Shown here: piece by piece, positions 13,509 to 26,199 of the stretch
Numbering within the stretch: position 1 is the first letter of the stretch
How the letters are laid out: the number at the start of each line of letters is the position of its first letter
Source of the DNA: Trichoplax sp. H2
Lineage: Eukaryota
Length of the DNA stretch: 64,000 bases
NCBI GenBank assembly: GCA_003344405.1
Contig: NOWV01000199.1
Location: 62,001-126,000 of the forward strand
Direction: 5' to 3'
Notes under the pieces: generated by a model
The model's database searches: none
Told to the model about the DNA's origin: nothing
The model's input: the letters and a program-made list of their open reading frames with translations, nothing else
Program-made: the position numbers and the translations under genes

Positions 13509-16500
13509 TTATACGACCATTTTTTGGTATTTGCCTTTACTTCGGAAACCTACAATAGACGAGGGCAGAGGATGAGAAATTATTAAATTAGCCAGTAAAG
13601 AAGTCTTTCATACAGTTACAACAAGATGACGTTGATAAATATGATAAATTCTTATTTACAGTATAGCGGCAAGGTAAAATATTTTGATTGTTGTTCATAA
13701 ATCAAATAATTAATTATAAATTTTGTCACACAATGGCAAAATAGAACTAATCACTTACCAGAAATAATCACTGGGGATTTTTTGGCTCTAACTGCTATTG
13801 CTATTCCTATAGCTAACAGCAGTAATACTCCTCCACATATTATAAGAATGTAGATAGGCTTGAAACCGCCTAAAATTGATATAGAAAAAAGTAGCAGAGT
13901 CATCACTTTTAGTACTATCACTACAGTATACATTATTCGACAACATAGCACACTCTGTGTATGCGAGAACTGATACAGTATTAATCTTTCATATACGAAA
14001 TTGATGAATAATGAAATACAAAATGAAATATAAAATCGCCGACTCACCATGACAAATGTAATTACAATTTGCTCCTGGAGCTTTAGTATAGCTAGTGCAA
14101 GTAGGGGTATCGCAGGAAACCATCGAACAAGAAAGCATACTGCTGTAGGTGCACGAGCATAGTGCATAACCGTCATTGGCAGAAATTTCCATAGTATCGC
14201 CAGCCTTGACCATGGTGTTATTTTCATTCATGCATATGCCTTTTCCTTGTATTCCCGCTTTATATGAGAAAATAAAACATTGTAGTATAAGTACACTGTA
14301 ATAGTCCGAGTTAGATTATAGTCTTAGTAAGTTCAGTAACATAAAATAACATACAATTGCATGTGTATCCGCAGCATTTGCCGGGAACAGGTGCAGCACC
14401 GGAGCATTTAGGCATGAGGCAGCGTGTCATCTGGGAGCAGTAAATTTCTCCAGACTGAGTACATTGACATTCTATACATTCATTAATTTTTTGTACTGTA
14501 TATTTATAGCCAGGAAGTAACGCTCTGGAGTCATCAGATCGGATACAGAATGGTCCTTTGTAATTAAATGGGAGCGAATTGTTTCCATGAGGGAAAGTAC
14601 CATTGCCGTGATGATGGAAGGTACTATTACCATGGAAAGTACCATTGTGATGATATGTCCCGTTACCGTGATAATGGAAAGTACCATTGCCATGATGATG
14701 GACGCTTCCATTGATGTGAGGATGGTGGAAAGTACCGTTACCATGATGATGGAAGCTACCATTTCCGTGATGATGATGGAAACTACCATTGCCGTGATGA
14801 TGGAAAGTTCCATTGCCATGAGGATGGAAAGTACCATTGGCATGAGGGCGGAAAGTTCCGTTGCCATGAGGATGGAAAGTACCATTGCCATGAGGACGGA
14901 AAGTTCCGTTGCCATGAGGATGGAAAGTACCATTACCGTGGTGAGGATAACTACCATTGCCGTGATGATGGAAAGTTCCATTGCCATGAGGATGGAAAGT
15001 ACCATTGCCGTGGTGAGGATAACTACCATTGCCATGATGTGGGAAACTACCGTTACCGTGATGTGGGAAACTACCGTTATCGTGATGAGGGAAGCTTCCA
15101 TTGCTATGGTGTGAATGCGTCATGTAGTATTGATATAAATCCTCATCTGTAAAAGTGGAATACTTTAATTAGTGACGAATGCGTTTAATATCGCTAAGTG
15201 GAAGAGCAATATGCCTAATTTAAGACAGTTTTGTACATTAATGTTATTAAAGGAGTGGCAATACTTACAGCAAACATAAGCACAACAATAACCAGGTAGT
15301 CGGCGATAATTTGAGCAAGTAACCGGAGGACATTGATAGACTTGTCTTGAGAAATAATTTCCTGTACTTTTACATTCAGTTTCTCTACAACCAGTCTGCG
15401 GTGAGTTATAATAGGATCTAGAGCCAGCACGATAAGTGGTACCATTTTTCCGATAGCAGATACCTTCTTCCTTGTTACCAGCTATAGTGTAATAGAAATT
15501 ACGAAATACGAGATACAAAATCAGGCTAGTATTACAACATTGTTTGGAAATGTTACAAAACTTTGCATTTTTAAAGAAATTTTGCTCAAAAAAAATGGGA
15601 CATTTTATCTAAAAAGGAAATTAATTGTCTCAACTTACATTCACAGACAAATTCGCAACATTTTCCAGGTACCCGACGATAGCTAGTACACTGAGTTGGT
15701 GGTAGACATTTAGCTCCTATATAGCAGTTTAATTTGCCATTAAATTGACAAGTACAGGTCATACAAGCATCGAATTTGCCATTAGCTGGATAAGATATCG
15801 ATCTTCCAGGTAATAATACTTTGCCGTCTTTTGCTATGCAGTAACCATAGTGGTGGGTATGACTACCGTTGTGAGGAAAATGTGTACCATTATAAGGAAA
15901 ACGAGTACCATTCATGGGAAAATGTGTACCGTTGAAGGAAAAATGAGTACCATTCATAGGGAAATGTGTACCGTTGAAGGAGAAGTGGGTGCCATTAATG
16001 GGGAAGTGTGTACCATTGAAGGAGAAATGCGTACCATTAATAGGAAAGTGAGTCGGAAAACGAGTAACATTAAATGGAAAACGAGTACTACTATTAAATG
16101 AAAAGTGAGTACCGTTAAATGAAAAATGAGTACCGTTGAAAGGGAATCGAGTTGGATAGCGAGTTACATTAAATGGAAAATGTGTACCATTGAAAGGAAA
16201 TCGTGTTCCATTAAACGAAAAGTGAGTACCATTAAAGGAAAAGTGAGTTGTATTGCGGGGAAATTGAGTTGGAAAACGAGTACCGTTGAAAGGGAATCGA
16301 GTTGGATAGCGAGTTACATTAAATGGAAAATGTGTACCATTGAAAGGAAATCGTGTTCCATTAAACGAAAAGTGAGTACCATTAAATGAAAAGTGCGTAC
16401 TATTGCGGGGAAAATGAGTTGGGAAACGAGTCACATTAAATGAAAAGTGAGTACCATTAAAGGAAAAGTGAGTTGTATTGCGGGGAAATTGAGTTGGAAA

Positions 16501-17393
16501 ATGAGTATAGTTGGAAGGAAACTGTGATGGTGGCCGACTAGTGTTGACGGATCTTTTCAGAAGTTGAAGAACATGAGAATCGGAAATTTCTAAAATAAAT
16601 AGAAACAATAATTATAAAGATGACAGTACAGTTTGTGACAGAAAATTGGATACATTCAATACATCATCTCGACATAGATTGCAGTTTGATTTAATCTAAT
16701 TGACACTATTGCTTTGCAGTCCTCGGAGTTAAAGAATAGAATAAAGATACTAAATTGTGATGTATTGTACAATTATATTGCAGCTATTGACTGGCTAAGT
16801 TGTGCCAAAGAGAGCAGATTCTTGATAGTATACCTAATGCTATCTTGTAGTTATTATTACTGGACTTGTTTCTTATATATGTTACTCATATAACTCGGTT
16901 TACAGTATCGTGCAGCATTGATATAATTTAGAGAAAACGTTAAGATAAAAAGACCGAGAAAAAGAAAAAAATAATTAACTCAACTTAATAGATTAGCGAT
17001 GAAGATCCTTGCAGTGTATGTTGTTAGAATGTGTAAATTACTATTAATCAAATGTCTTGAGCAGGTAAATTGAAATTAGGACGATTAATACCTTGCGATA
17101 CTTTACTTCATCGATATTTATACTTGAATGTTTATACAGTAGAAGTTTAACAAAAACATGTCGCAATACCTTGGATTAACTATCAACGATCCATGTACGC
17201 GTACATAGACATAAAAGTCGATTCATTCTATCTTGATTTCACATATAAATCATTTTAATTTAACTAACTACCACAATAGAGCATAAACTGAAATGCAAGA
17301 ATTAGACTTACTTCCGTGCACAGTCAATGTTCCAAATTGAACACAACAAAGTAAAGCTAAACACAGAACAAAAGTTGATCCCAAACGAAGCAT
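13509..17393 (-). CDS. Type I membrane glycoprotein: signal peptide, KR site, (FxFNGTH)n repeat, VWC, VWC, (HHGNGTF)n repeat, VWC, VWC, TM, YQKM tail (~799 aa, 7 exons)
   Basis: Exons (minus): 17312-17393 (MLRLGSTFVLCLALLCCVQFGTLTVHG), 15639-16589, 15269-15481, 14355-15146, 14048-14257, 13759-13869 (TM, IYILIICGGVLLLLAIGIAIAV), 13509-13549 (GFRSKGKYQKMVV*). All introns are GT-AG, phase 1. Total 2400 nt, in frame. Confidence 0.88.
14580..15120 (-). repeat. Coding 24-bp tandem repeat (H/P-H-H-G-N-G-S/T-F)
   Basis: About 23 units, each carrying an NxS/T sequon. Confidence 0.9.
15860..16550 (-). repeat. Coding 21-bp tandem repeat (F-S/P-F-N-G-T-H/R) with a 150-bp higher-order duplication
   Basis: About 29 sequons. 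The block starting ~16128 is repeated at ~16278. Confidence 0.9.
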
Positions 17394-17913
17394 TTTTTTC
17401 TTTCCAAGTTGCTTTCTATCAGGTCAAATACGGTATCTTGGAGATTAAATGAGCCACTAGCTAATGCCAAGTTAACCAGTTACAGCAAAGAGTGCAGTGT
17501 TTAATTAAGGAATACCCTAAAAATGAACTGTATTCAGTCACGAAATTTTAGGTAAAATTTTCGAAGCAATTAAAGGCCTTCTGTTGAACTAGTAACCTTG
17601 CATCTAGCAATTTAATTCTCTGCATATGTCTATATACACGCGTATAGATGCACTTATATATACTCTTGCGTGTACCGATGTCGCACTCTGATTGGAGGAC
17701 AATATACCGTTATCTTATTATACTTACCGTTAACTAGAGGTCACGCTCTCAATTAAAAGTACTAGAAACGAGCTAGCGAGCGATTATACGCAACGCGAAG
17801 AAATAAAACAACTCGATTCATTACATCATGATTATATACTGCCCAGGGTACTTTATATCTACTTATAAAACTGAATAAGGACTACTAGTTACTGGTATTT
17901 TCGAATTATATAA

Positions 17914-18698
17914 TGACGTAATGTACTGGTACAGAGTTGTACGATATGTCAACACCCAATATCTGTTAATAGCGCAAATTAATTAATTACCTCTTTTAAT
18001 TTATGCATAGTTTTAAATTATAAGTTGCACTCGTACATGTGGTTATGTATAGCAATTTAATATTGAGATAGTGATAGAGTACGTATATCAAACAAAGAGG
18101 TTTCTTTACTCTAGGTACGATATTTTATATGAAGTAATTGTGCCATGGTCGTAGACTTGAACAGGTGACATCATTTCATCAAGAAGTATTCTACTATAGC
18201 TTGTATATACAGAACAGAACTTCTAGTAGATGCGATAAATTGGATGGAACGATCGCAATTTAATGAACTAATAAAATTAGTTTAAGATCGTAAGCTCCAT
18301 TTGACTGACGTTATATAGTGGTACAGAGTTGTACGATATGTTAACACCCAATATCTGTTAATAGCGGCAAATTAATTAATTACCTCTTTTAATTTACGCA
18401 TAGGTTTAAATTATAAGTTGCACTCGTACATGTGGTTATGTATAACAATTTAATATTGAGATAGCGATAGGGTACGTATATCAAATAAAGAGGTTCCTTT
18501 ACTGTAGGTACGATATTTTATATGAAGTAATTGTGCCGTGGTCGTAGACTTGAACAGGTGACATCATTTCATCAAGAAGCATTCTACTATAGCTTGTATA
18601 TACAGAACAGAACTTCTAGTAGATGCGATAAATTGGATGGAACGATCGCAATTTAATGAACCAATAAAATTAGTTTAAGATCGTAAGCTCCACTTGAC
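17914..18698. repeat. Near-identical direct tandem duplication, ~392 bp x2
   Basis: Copies are 17914-18305 and 18306-18698. Both run from 'tgacgt..t.ta.tggtacagagttgtacgatatg' to 'gtaagctcca(t/c)ttgac', with only scattered substitutions. Confidence 0.92.
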
Positions 18699-21600
18699 GA
18701 CTTATTGACAACAATATATTAATCCAAAAGCGTAAACTAATAAGTAAGTCAGTTAATTATAACCTCACTTGTGATAACATAGGGTTATTAGGGTACAGAT
18801 TTAAGATAGAGATGGAATGCCTAAGAAGATAGACTCTATGATGTTTATAATTCATGAAATAGAGTATGGCATGCTCGCAGACGATTGAGAGATGAAATCA
18901 TTCTATTAAGACGTATTCTATACATACCTTACTGGAGCTGCTAATAGATTTAAAATTGTATATTGGGTGAAATAATCGTAATTTACTAGCGTAAATAACA
19001 TTCATTTCTGATCTTTAGCTCCTCTTGATGAATAACGGTATTCCAACAATAGCATAGTAGGGAGCTTACATCAGGATACCGTTGATTAATGTATAAGTGA
19101 ATTATCCGTGTATCCCTATAAGCATTTATGACCATATATTCGTATAAAAATATATCACCTCATTGTTTATACGAGTAGAGTGTTGGTGGTGATATAGAAT
19201 CAAGATTGAGATGGAAAATCTGAAAAAGAGACTCTATACTGCACATTATCCGCATTTAACAGGCAAACATAAACTCTTTGAATAAATTTAGAGACCATAG
19301 TCGATTGCTGATGATGCAGGTAGTAGAGCTACTAATAGAGGTCATAAGCTGGATGTTACTAGTGTCATTTAATAATATCAATAAACTAATTACTAATCTG
19401 CAGCTCCTTTTGACGACTTATTTGCAACGATCTCCAGACCCAATTTCTCATTTTTATTTAATTTTTCAATATGAGCAAATTGCTCGCATGACATCATTGT
19501 ATTGAGCACTATATTATAAAAAGCAGCGATTTAGACCAAGTAATGTATCTGATACAATACGCGTAATCTGTTATTATCGGTAAAATTCAAGTAATCGGCT
19601 CTTCAAATATATAAATGTTAGTACAAAGGAATTATAGGACTAAATTAAGCTGCAATTCGACTGAACAATTCGCGGACCTATTACTAATGAAGTTTGAGTA
19701 GATAAATAGATACCCTTTTGACCTTTGTTTCGATAAAAATATTATCTTTAGTTGATATCTCAAGAACAAGTACAGTATACTCGTAAGGTTAAAGATCTTT
19801 TCTTTCCCTTTATTTCAATCAAAGTACTAGGTACCAATGTCGTAACAGATGCTTCTCTGTAAACACTACCACACCTAGCACTCATCGACAATACATAAGA
19901 ATTTTGGGTTACTATAATGTAACTTCCAACATATTCACGTATTAATTTCAAATAATAGCTGATTGAGGCTAGTTAATTAGTATATACAACCTTCAAAATG
20001 GATTAGAAGTATATGAAACAATAGCTATCCGAAACTTATAAATTCAGTAGTGAATGCGATCCTACAGTCTAACTGAACCTCTAACACCCCTATTACAGTC
20101 ACGGTATTTGAGATTATAAAGCAAACAGGAATTAACAATATACGTAATATGTGCACCAATATTTGTACTCGCATTATAACTACTATGAATTAGAAAAAAT
20201 AACATTGATGAGCTTTAAATTTGACGTGATAATTAGGTGTACTTTTATGATTAAATCATAATATACCACTACACTGGTAATATGGATAACCTACATATGC
20301 ATTATGAGGATCTATCCATTAAACACTTTTAAATTAAATCCGCTATAAGATACACCTGTTTCAGCTTCACCTTATCCTCTTTTTATGGTAATGTCTATTT
20401 ATTAAACGGAAGTAATACGTAAATGCTATAGTTACTCATATACTAGCGTAGCAAATATAAAAAATAGTTTCGACTATGTGCCCCTTAAATCTAAAAGACG
20501 TACATCGAATTAAATCGCGTTACTATAATAGTATGTCTCAGTCGTAGATCGGCTCTGTATCGATAGCAGATGGTATAATGGAGTATTGGTGGACAGTGGC
20601 CTGAATGTCATGAAACGGCGTACTTATATTACTCATACGATATGCCAAACATAGTAACAGTCTATTACATCATCACATTTCCGTTTACTTTTTTACCACG
20701 AGGGTTATTTATTAACAGTTAGGAGCGAAGGATGTTTTCTAAATTAAAGTAGTGTTATTTTCAGTGATAATAACAAATTGTATTCTGATCTAAATTTAAA
20801 AAAAGATTAATACTTAGAATGAAGCCTTTCGAAAAATCAAATAATCTTATTGGATTAAATATATTGACTAAAATTGCAATTTATAAGCGTAAATTCAGAT
20901 AATTCTAAGAGCTACTTGTACTCTTTCTACTGTACGTCGTATATATAAATAAGTAACACCGATTGCACTTTAGGTATAACATAAGACATAAGCTAAATCC
21001 CATAATATTAAAATCAAATTACCAATAACAGTAAATATATTCGCTCTATGATACAATGTAGCCGGTGCTGGTCATTTAGTAGGCCTAACTCGAACAGACT
21101 TGGTTATCTATAATATACTATTCCATTTCATACGGCTGGAAAAACACTCAAATGTGCAGCGAAAGTTGCTGCATTACTCCACGATATTATTTAAATGATA
21201 ATATGGTTATGTAAGTATACATGTGTAACTCCTGGCAAATAAAACAGCTTATCATCGCTAGTTAAATAGATTAAATGTATTATGTGAAGCATTGTTGCTT
21301 TAAAGTGCTTACATTGTTAACAAATTATATTAGCCTATTATCTCGAGAAAAATGTATTTTGCCGTGATTTCGTTACCGTTGGCGCTGTTAAAATTTGTCA
21401 TCTCTTACAAGCTATGCTCTAACATCACTTTAAAAACAAACCACGATAATATTACTCTACCGATCGATTGGCTTCATAGTGCAATTACTAGAAAAAGACT
21501 ATCATCTCCCCGAAAGTTTTGTTATCCTCGGAGGAATTACTTTTAAGATCATCAATTCAACTCTTCTGTCCGTGATCTAACCGATGCTCTATTTCATTAA

Positions 21601-22457
21601 TGTACGACCTGTTGATATTTACTTCATGCTAGCGAAGAAAGAAAGGCTGTACTCAATTAATTACTAAGTCAGATGTTACCAGCCACTAGCACTGGAATAA
21701 ATGTAAAATGCTTTAAGCATGATACTTGGCTTTAAAATATCAAAGAACATGACAGATAATTGCTCTAAGCGTTTAATCAAGTCATACTAAGGGCATCAGT
21801 TATTTGTTATTGAGAATTTTAACGGTAAATAAATTTAATTCATATTAATTTACCGTATAAGTTCCATAAATAACCACAAGCTAACTTTTCTATTCTATTT
21901 CTAGGCTACATACCGTTAGTAAGCTCTACAATAAGTAATGATTACATAAGTCGACTTGCAGTTGAAAGTATATTACAATGCAACTCACCTATTCGTATAT
22001 AATGCAACTTAAAAGCGTATAACCAAAGCATAATGGTATATAAAATATGCGAAGCTACTTTAGCAAATAAATTCTATAGAAATATCGGTGAAGCCCTACG
22101 TTGTATGATAGAAGGATATGTCGAACATTTTATTAAATATTAGTTAGCATAATTTAACTAAAAGATGAGTGTTTAGAGTTGCAAAGACTTCATCATAATC
22201 AATATTGCATTGAAATTTATAAAATAATCAACAGTAAAATTAAAAAAACGTAAATACACTGTATGTCTTTATAAACCGTATATATTACACTATACGAGTG
22301 ATTTCACAATGGATATACTAGATAAGGTTACAAAATCAGAAGCGGATACATCACGCTGCCTCCATCATTGTAGCAGCTTGGGTAACGGATAGTTAACTCT
22401 ATAAAGAACTCTTGGGTAGCAATTGTGATATGAATATTGGTTGGGTTAACAGTGAAT

Positions 22458-25400
22458 CTACTTGGATTCACTACTTGAATCTGAATCGCTTAATGAGCTT
22501 GAACTTTCCGTATCACTACTCGTTGATGAATCCTCGTCTTGACTCCTATAGTTAATATTAGAACAAGATTGTACTTTATTACTGTACTATCCTCATAGCA
22601 TGATTTATGCATAAGATCAAGACGTCTTTTCAGATAAATTACAATTCCCTTATTAGAGTTATTGATTACTAACCTCGAATCACTTGAATCGTGCCTACGA
22701 TGTCTATCTCTTCTACTGGAGTGTCTTTCATTTGAAGAACGACTTCTGCGTGGACTGCGGCGTGACCTTTCCCGCCTTACTGGTGATTCAGATGAATCCT
22801 TGTTACTGTCAGATCTATGTCTTCTATCTGGCGATCTGTGTCCTCTTCTAGGTGAACGATCTAACGACCGACGTTCCCTTCTACGCGAACGCTCAGGAGA
22901 ACGATGTTTTCTTTGTGGTGAATAATCTACCGATCGGCGTTCTCTTCTTGGTGAGCGATCAGTAGGTCGGCGTTCTCGTCTGGGCGAACGTTCCAGAGAT
23001 CGACGCTGCCTCTTAGGCGAACGTTCCCTTCTTGGTGAACGTTCTGGTGATCTACGCGACTTCCTGTACAATTGGTCTGGCGATTTACGAGACCGGTTGG
23101 ATGATCTCGATGGTGAATGTCGTTCACGTCTTGGCGATCGGTCTGGTGATCGATTTCTTCTGGTCAAACGATCTGAAGATCTACGCTCCCTTCTCGGCGA
23201 TTGGTCTGGTGATCTATCTCTTCTGGTTGAACGATCTGGAGACCTGCGCTCCCTTCTCGGTGATTGATCTGGAGATCTACGCTCCTTTCTTGGCGATTGG
23301 TCTGGTGATCTATCTCTTCTGGTTGAACGATCTGGAGACCTACGCTCCCTTCTCTGCGATGGGCCTGGTGATCTATCTCCTCTGGTTGAACGATCTGGAG
23401 ACCTACGCTCCCTTCTCGGCGATCGGTCTGGTGATCTATCTCTTCTGGTTGAACGATCTGGAGACCTACGCTCCCTTCTCGGCGATGGGTCTGGTGATCT
23501 ACCTCTTCTGGTTGAACGATCTGGAGACCTACGCTCCCTTCTCGGCGATGGGTCTGGTGATCTATCTCTTCTGGTTGAACGATCTGGAGACCTACGCTCC
23601 CTTCTCGGCGATCGGTCTGGTGATCTATCTCTTCTGGTTGAACGATCTGGAGACCTACGCTCCCTTCTCGGAGATCGACTTCTCTTTCTATCTCGATCTC
23701 TATCACGCCGCGATTCATGCACAGAGTCCCTATCTCGACGCATTTCATCACGATTTCTAGTACATGGAAATAAGATAAAATGTAATAATTATATATATGG
23801 TAGCGTTTTAACTGTAGTACAGCTGTATCGGTTATGTAGAGTAAGCAGTAGGAACATTACTAATAAGTTTGATGTAAAATTGTGGTAGAGTTTAACTGTA
23901 GCGTAAGCTGCGTAGCTTATATGGAGCAAAGAGCAGGCAGGCACATTACTCAGTCTGGTATAAAATTATGGTGAAGCTTAAAATGCAGGGTAAGCTGCGT
24001 AGCTTATGCAGAGTAAGGATCAGGCACATTATAACGTCTGACATAAAATCACTAAAAAATAGTTAAATTTTACATTTACTTTGAATAGTCCTCGTCAGTA
24101 GGTCGACCTGTTGGTCGATCTCTAGAGGACTGCCTGTAGGACAGAAAGTAAAAATTTGATTTATAATTCCATTGAAAACAGTGGGACATATCAACAGCTT
24201 TCAAGGGATTTTAATTATGTAATTGCAAAACAGTCTTAATTTGGAATGTACAAGTAAATAAGATTTACCTTTTCCTTTTTAACTTGCGATCTTTGCTGCT
24301 GCTGTCGCTGCTGCTAGAAGAGCTATCGGAGTCACTACAGTAGTACATTATTAGCCCATTAATTGATTGTTCATTTAAAATAGCTTTATCAAGTATCATG
24401 AATAGCAATTTTAAAAGTGGAGGTAGCTTTCAAGCCAAGCACAATATAATGGCATCTTTATCAAATCGTTTAAAGAAATGCCAATTTTTTACTGTAATGG
24501 TTGCAATAGGCTTCAGTACATCCCAAAACCGATACTGAATACTTTACTAACTCCTTACCTACTATCACTGCTGCTGCTGCTATCGCTACTGTCACTGCTA
24601 CTGCTGCTGCTATCGTCCTCATGTTTGCTAGCTTTCTTACTTGGTGCATCCCTAGATAACGTCAGTTCAATTCAAGCTGTTAGCCGATCCTTATTATAAA
24701 AACATCATGTAAAGTACATTGGGCCTCGATCACTGATTACCAACTGATAAGCTACATTGAACAGCAATGGAGTAGTAGACCATGAAGCATTTAATAGAGA
24801 TGCATGGTTCAGTCCATGTTAAAATTTTATAGTTTAAAAATTACAATTGATGATACCTTTCCACTGGATCCGGCTGTTGTTGTTTGACAGGTTTCGGCAT
24901 TTTAAAAAATCCAGAACCTTCACGGCGATCATCTCTGATGCCTAGTGCAGCTTTCATCTTTGCATTCTTTTTCTCGGATAATTCAGCAACTTGATGAGTT
25001 CCTCCGGAGCTGTAAAGGGGAAATCCATTCATGGTTGAGTTGATAATGACAAGATTGATATGAAGATAGCACAGATCGTAGTTGCATCTCCTTTTAACTA
25101 ATGCATATCGTGTTGATAATGACATGTTGACACTATTTTTATGGTTAATCTTATCAATCATTATGATATCCTAGAGCTATAACAAGTGTGATGATATTTC
25201 AGTGTAAAGCATTTATCAACTCCAACTGGCCATAGTATTTTGCATGACATTTACTAAATTGGACGATATATCTACCTGGTGCTCTTTTCCTTTCGGATAA
25301 CGTACTCTTGTTCTTGGAAAGTTCGTCTAAGATCAGCGATACGTTTTTCGATTTCTTCTTCGGTATAACTAGAAAATAAAAAAAGAAAAGTAAAGATTTA

Positions 25401-26051
25401 CTCAAGACATCAATAGAACTGCATGAAATAAAAATTTTTCTAATGATGGCAATTGGAAATGATGATTGTCATTCAATTCACTAAGGCTATGCTAACACAA
25501 TGTCGACATCGGCAACTACGATAGACAACAACATCTATTATGATACACTAATCCAGTAAGAAAAGCTATATTGTGCTAATGAACGTTATACCATAGGCCT
25601 GCAATATAGAATTCATAAGTACACCTGTATTAAAATAGACGTAATACTAATGCACAACTGGTCTCCATTTGCTGTCCACGAAATGATCACAATAACTCAG
25701 GTAACATCAAGCGTATGTGGATACTACCGACAACAGCTCTCTACGGTAATGTCTATCTTAACCCTGTAATCCAATAAAATAATATCTCCATGCTCATATC
25801 TTGTAACTATACCCTTGTTCTTCCATTTCATCTCTATACTCTAGTAATTTAACTTCAATCTCTCGCTTCCTCTCATGTTCTAAGATATCTTGATTGGGAG
25901 CTTTATGCACCGATTTCTCCAACTTGAGCATATCTTCATCGGTGGTGTAGTTGACCTTTTCTTTCTGCTTTTTCACGAAAGCGAAATTTCTCTGAACAAA
26001 ACCATTGGTACCAGTACCACGTGGAGTGGTTAATCCAATGCCATTATACAT
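22458..26051 (-). CDS. SRRM2: Serine/arginine repetitive matrix protein 2 / pre-mRNA splicing factor CWC21 (~622 aa, 8 exons)
   Basis: Hallmark N-terminus MYNGIGLTTPRGTGTNGFVQRN and cwf21 domain (ILEHERKREIEVKLLEYRDEMEEQG|YTEEEIEKRIADLRR). Exons 25813-26051, 25276-25368, 24857-25009, 24559-24651, 24269-24334, 24080-24133, 22674-23756, 22458-22545, all phase 2. Ser-rich and RS/RSP repeats follow. Confidence 0.93.
23150..23670 (-). repeat. Coding 63-bp tandem repeat (RRERRSPDRSTRRDRSPDRSP), ~8 copies
   Basis: Near-perfect 63-nt period inside SRRM2 exon 7. Confidence 0.9.
23795..24050. repeat. Intronic degenerate tandem repeat (~85 bp x3)
   Basis: 'tggt...tt.aa.tg.ag...agctg.gt.g.ttatg..gag.aa...gg.acatta' recurs three times. 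Confidence 0.6.
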
Positions 26052-26199
26052 TTTCAAGCGTGTTATGGATGATTCTTGCACAAAATCGAGCAAATTTGCG
26101 AGGATAAATTGATAATGGTGGAAGAGGGGGGGAGCAAGAATGCTTGAAGGTTCAATGAAGGCGATGCAAGTGGATTCTCGCTCCAACGGATGATACTCC

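Noticed and set aside
14472..15114. ORFs 14587-15114 (+, MRESTIAV...) and 14472-15101 (-, MAMVLSIL...)
   Set aside because: Shadow frames of the 24-bp His repeat. Only the HHGNGTF frame splices in phase and runs into a VWC domain.
15850..16389. Plus-strand ORFs with KMCTIE repeats
   Set aside because: Antisense shadows of the 21-bp FxFNGTH repeat.
23150..23670. Regular repeat superficially like a CRISPR array
   Set aside because: No unique spacers, no cas genes, and it lies within a eukaryotic coding exon.
23032..23760. 242-aa hydrophobic repeat ORF on + (AIGLVIYLFWLNDLETYAPFS)n and a 195-aa alternative minus frame
   Set aside because: Stop-free by-products of the 63-bp SRRM2 repeat, with no independent start or splice support.
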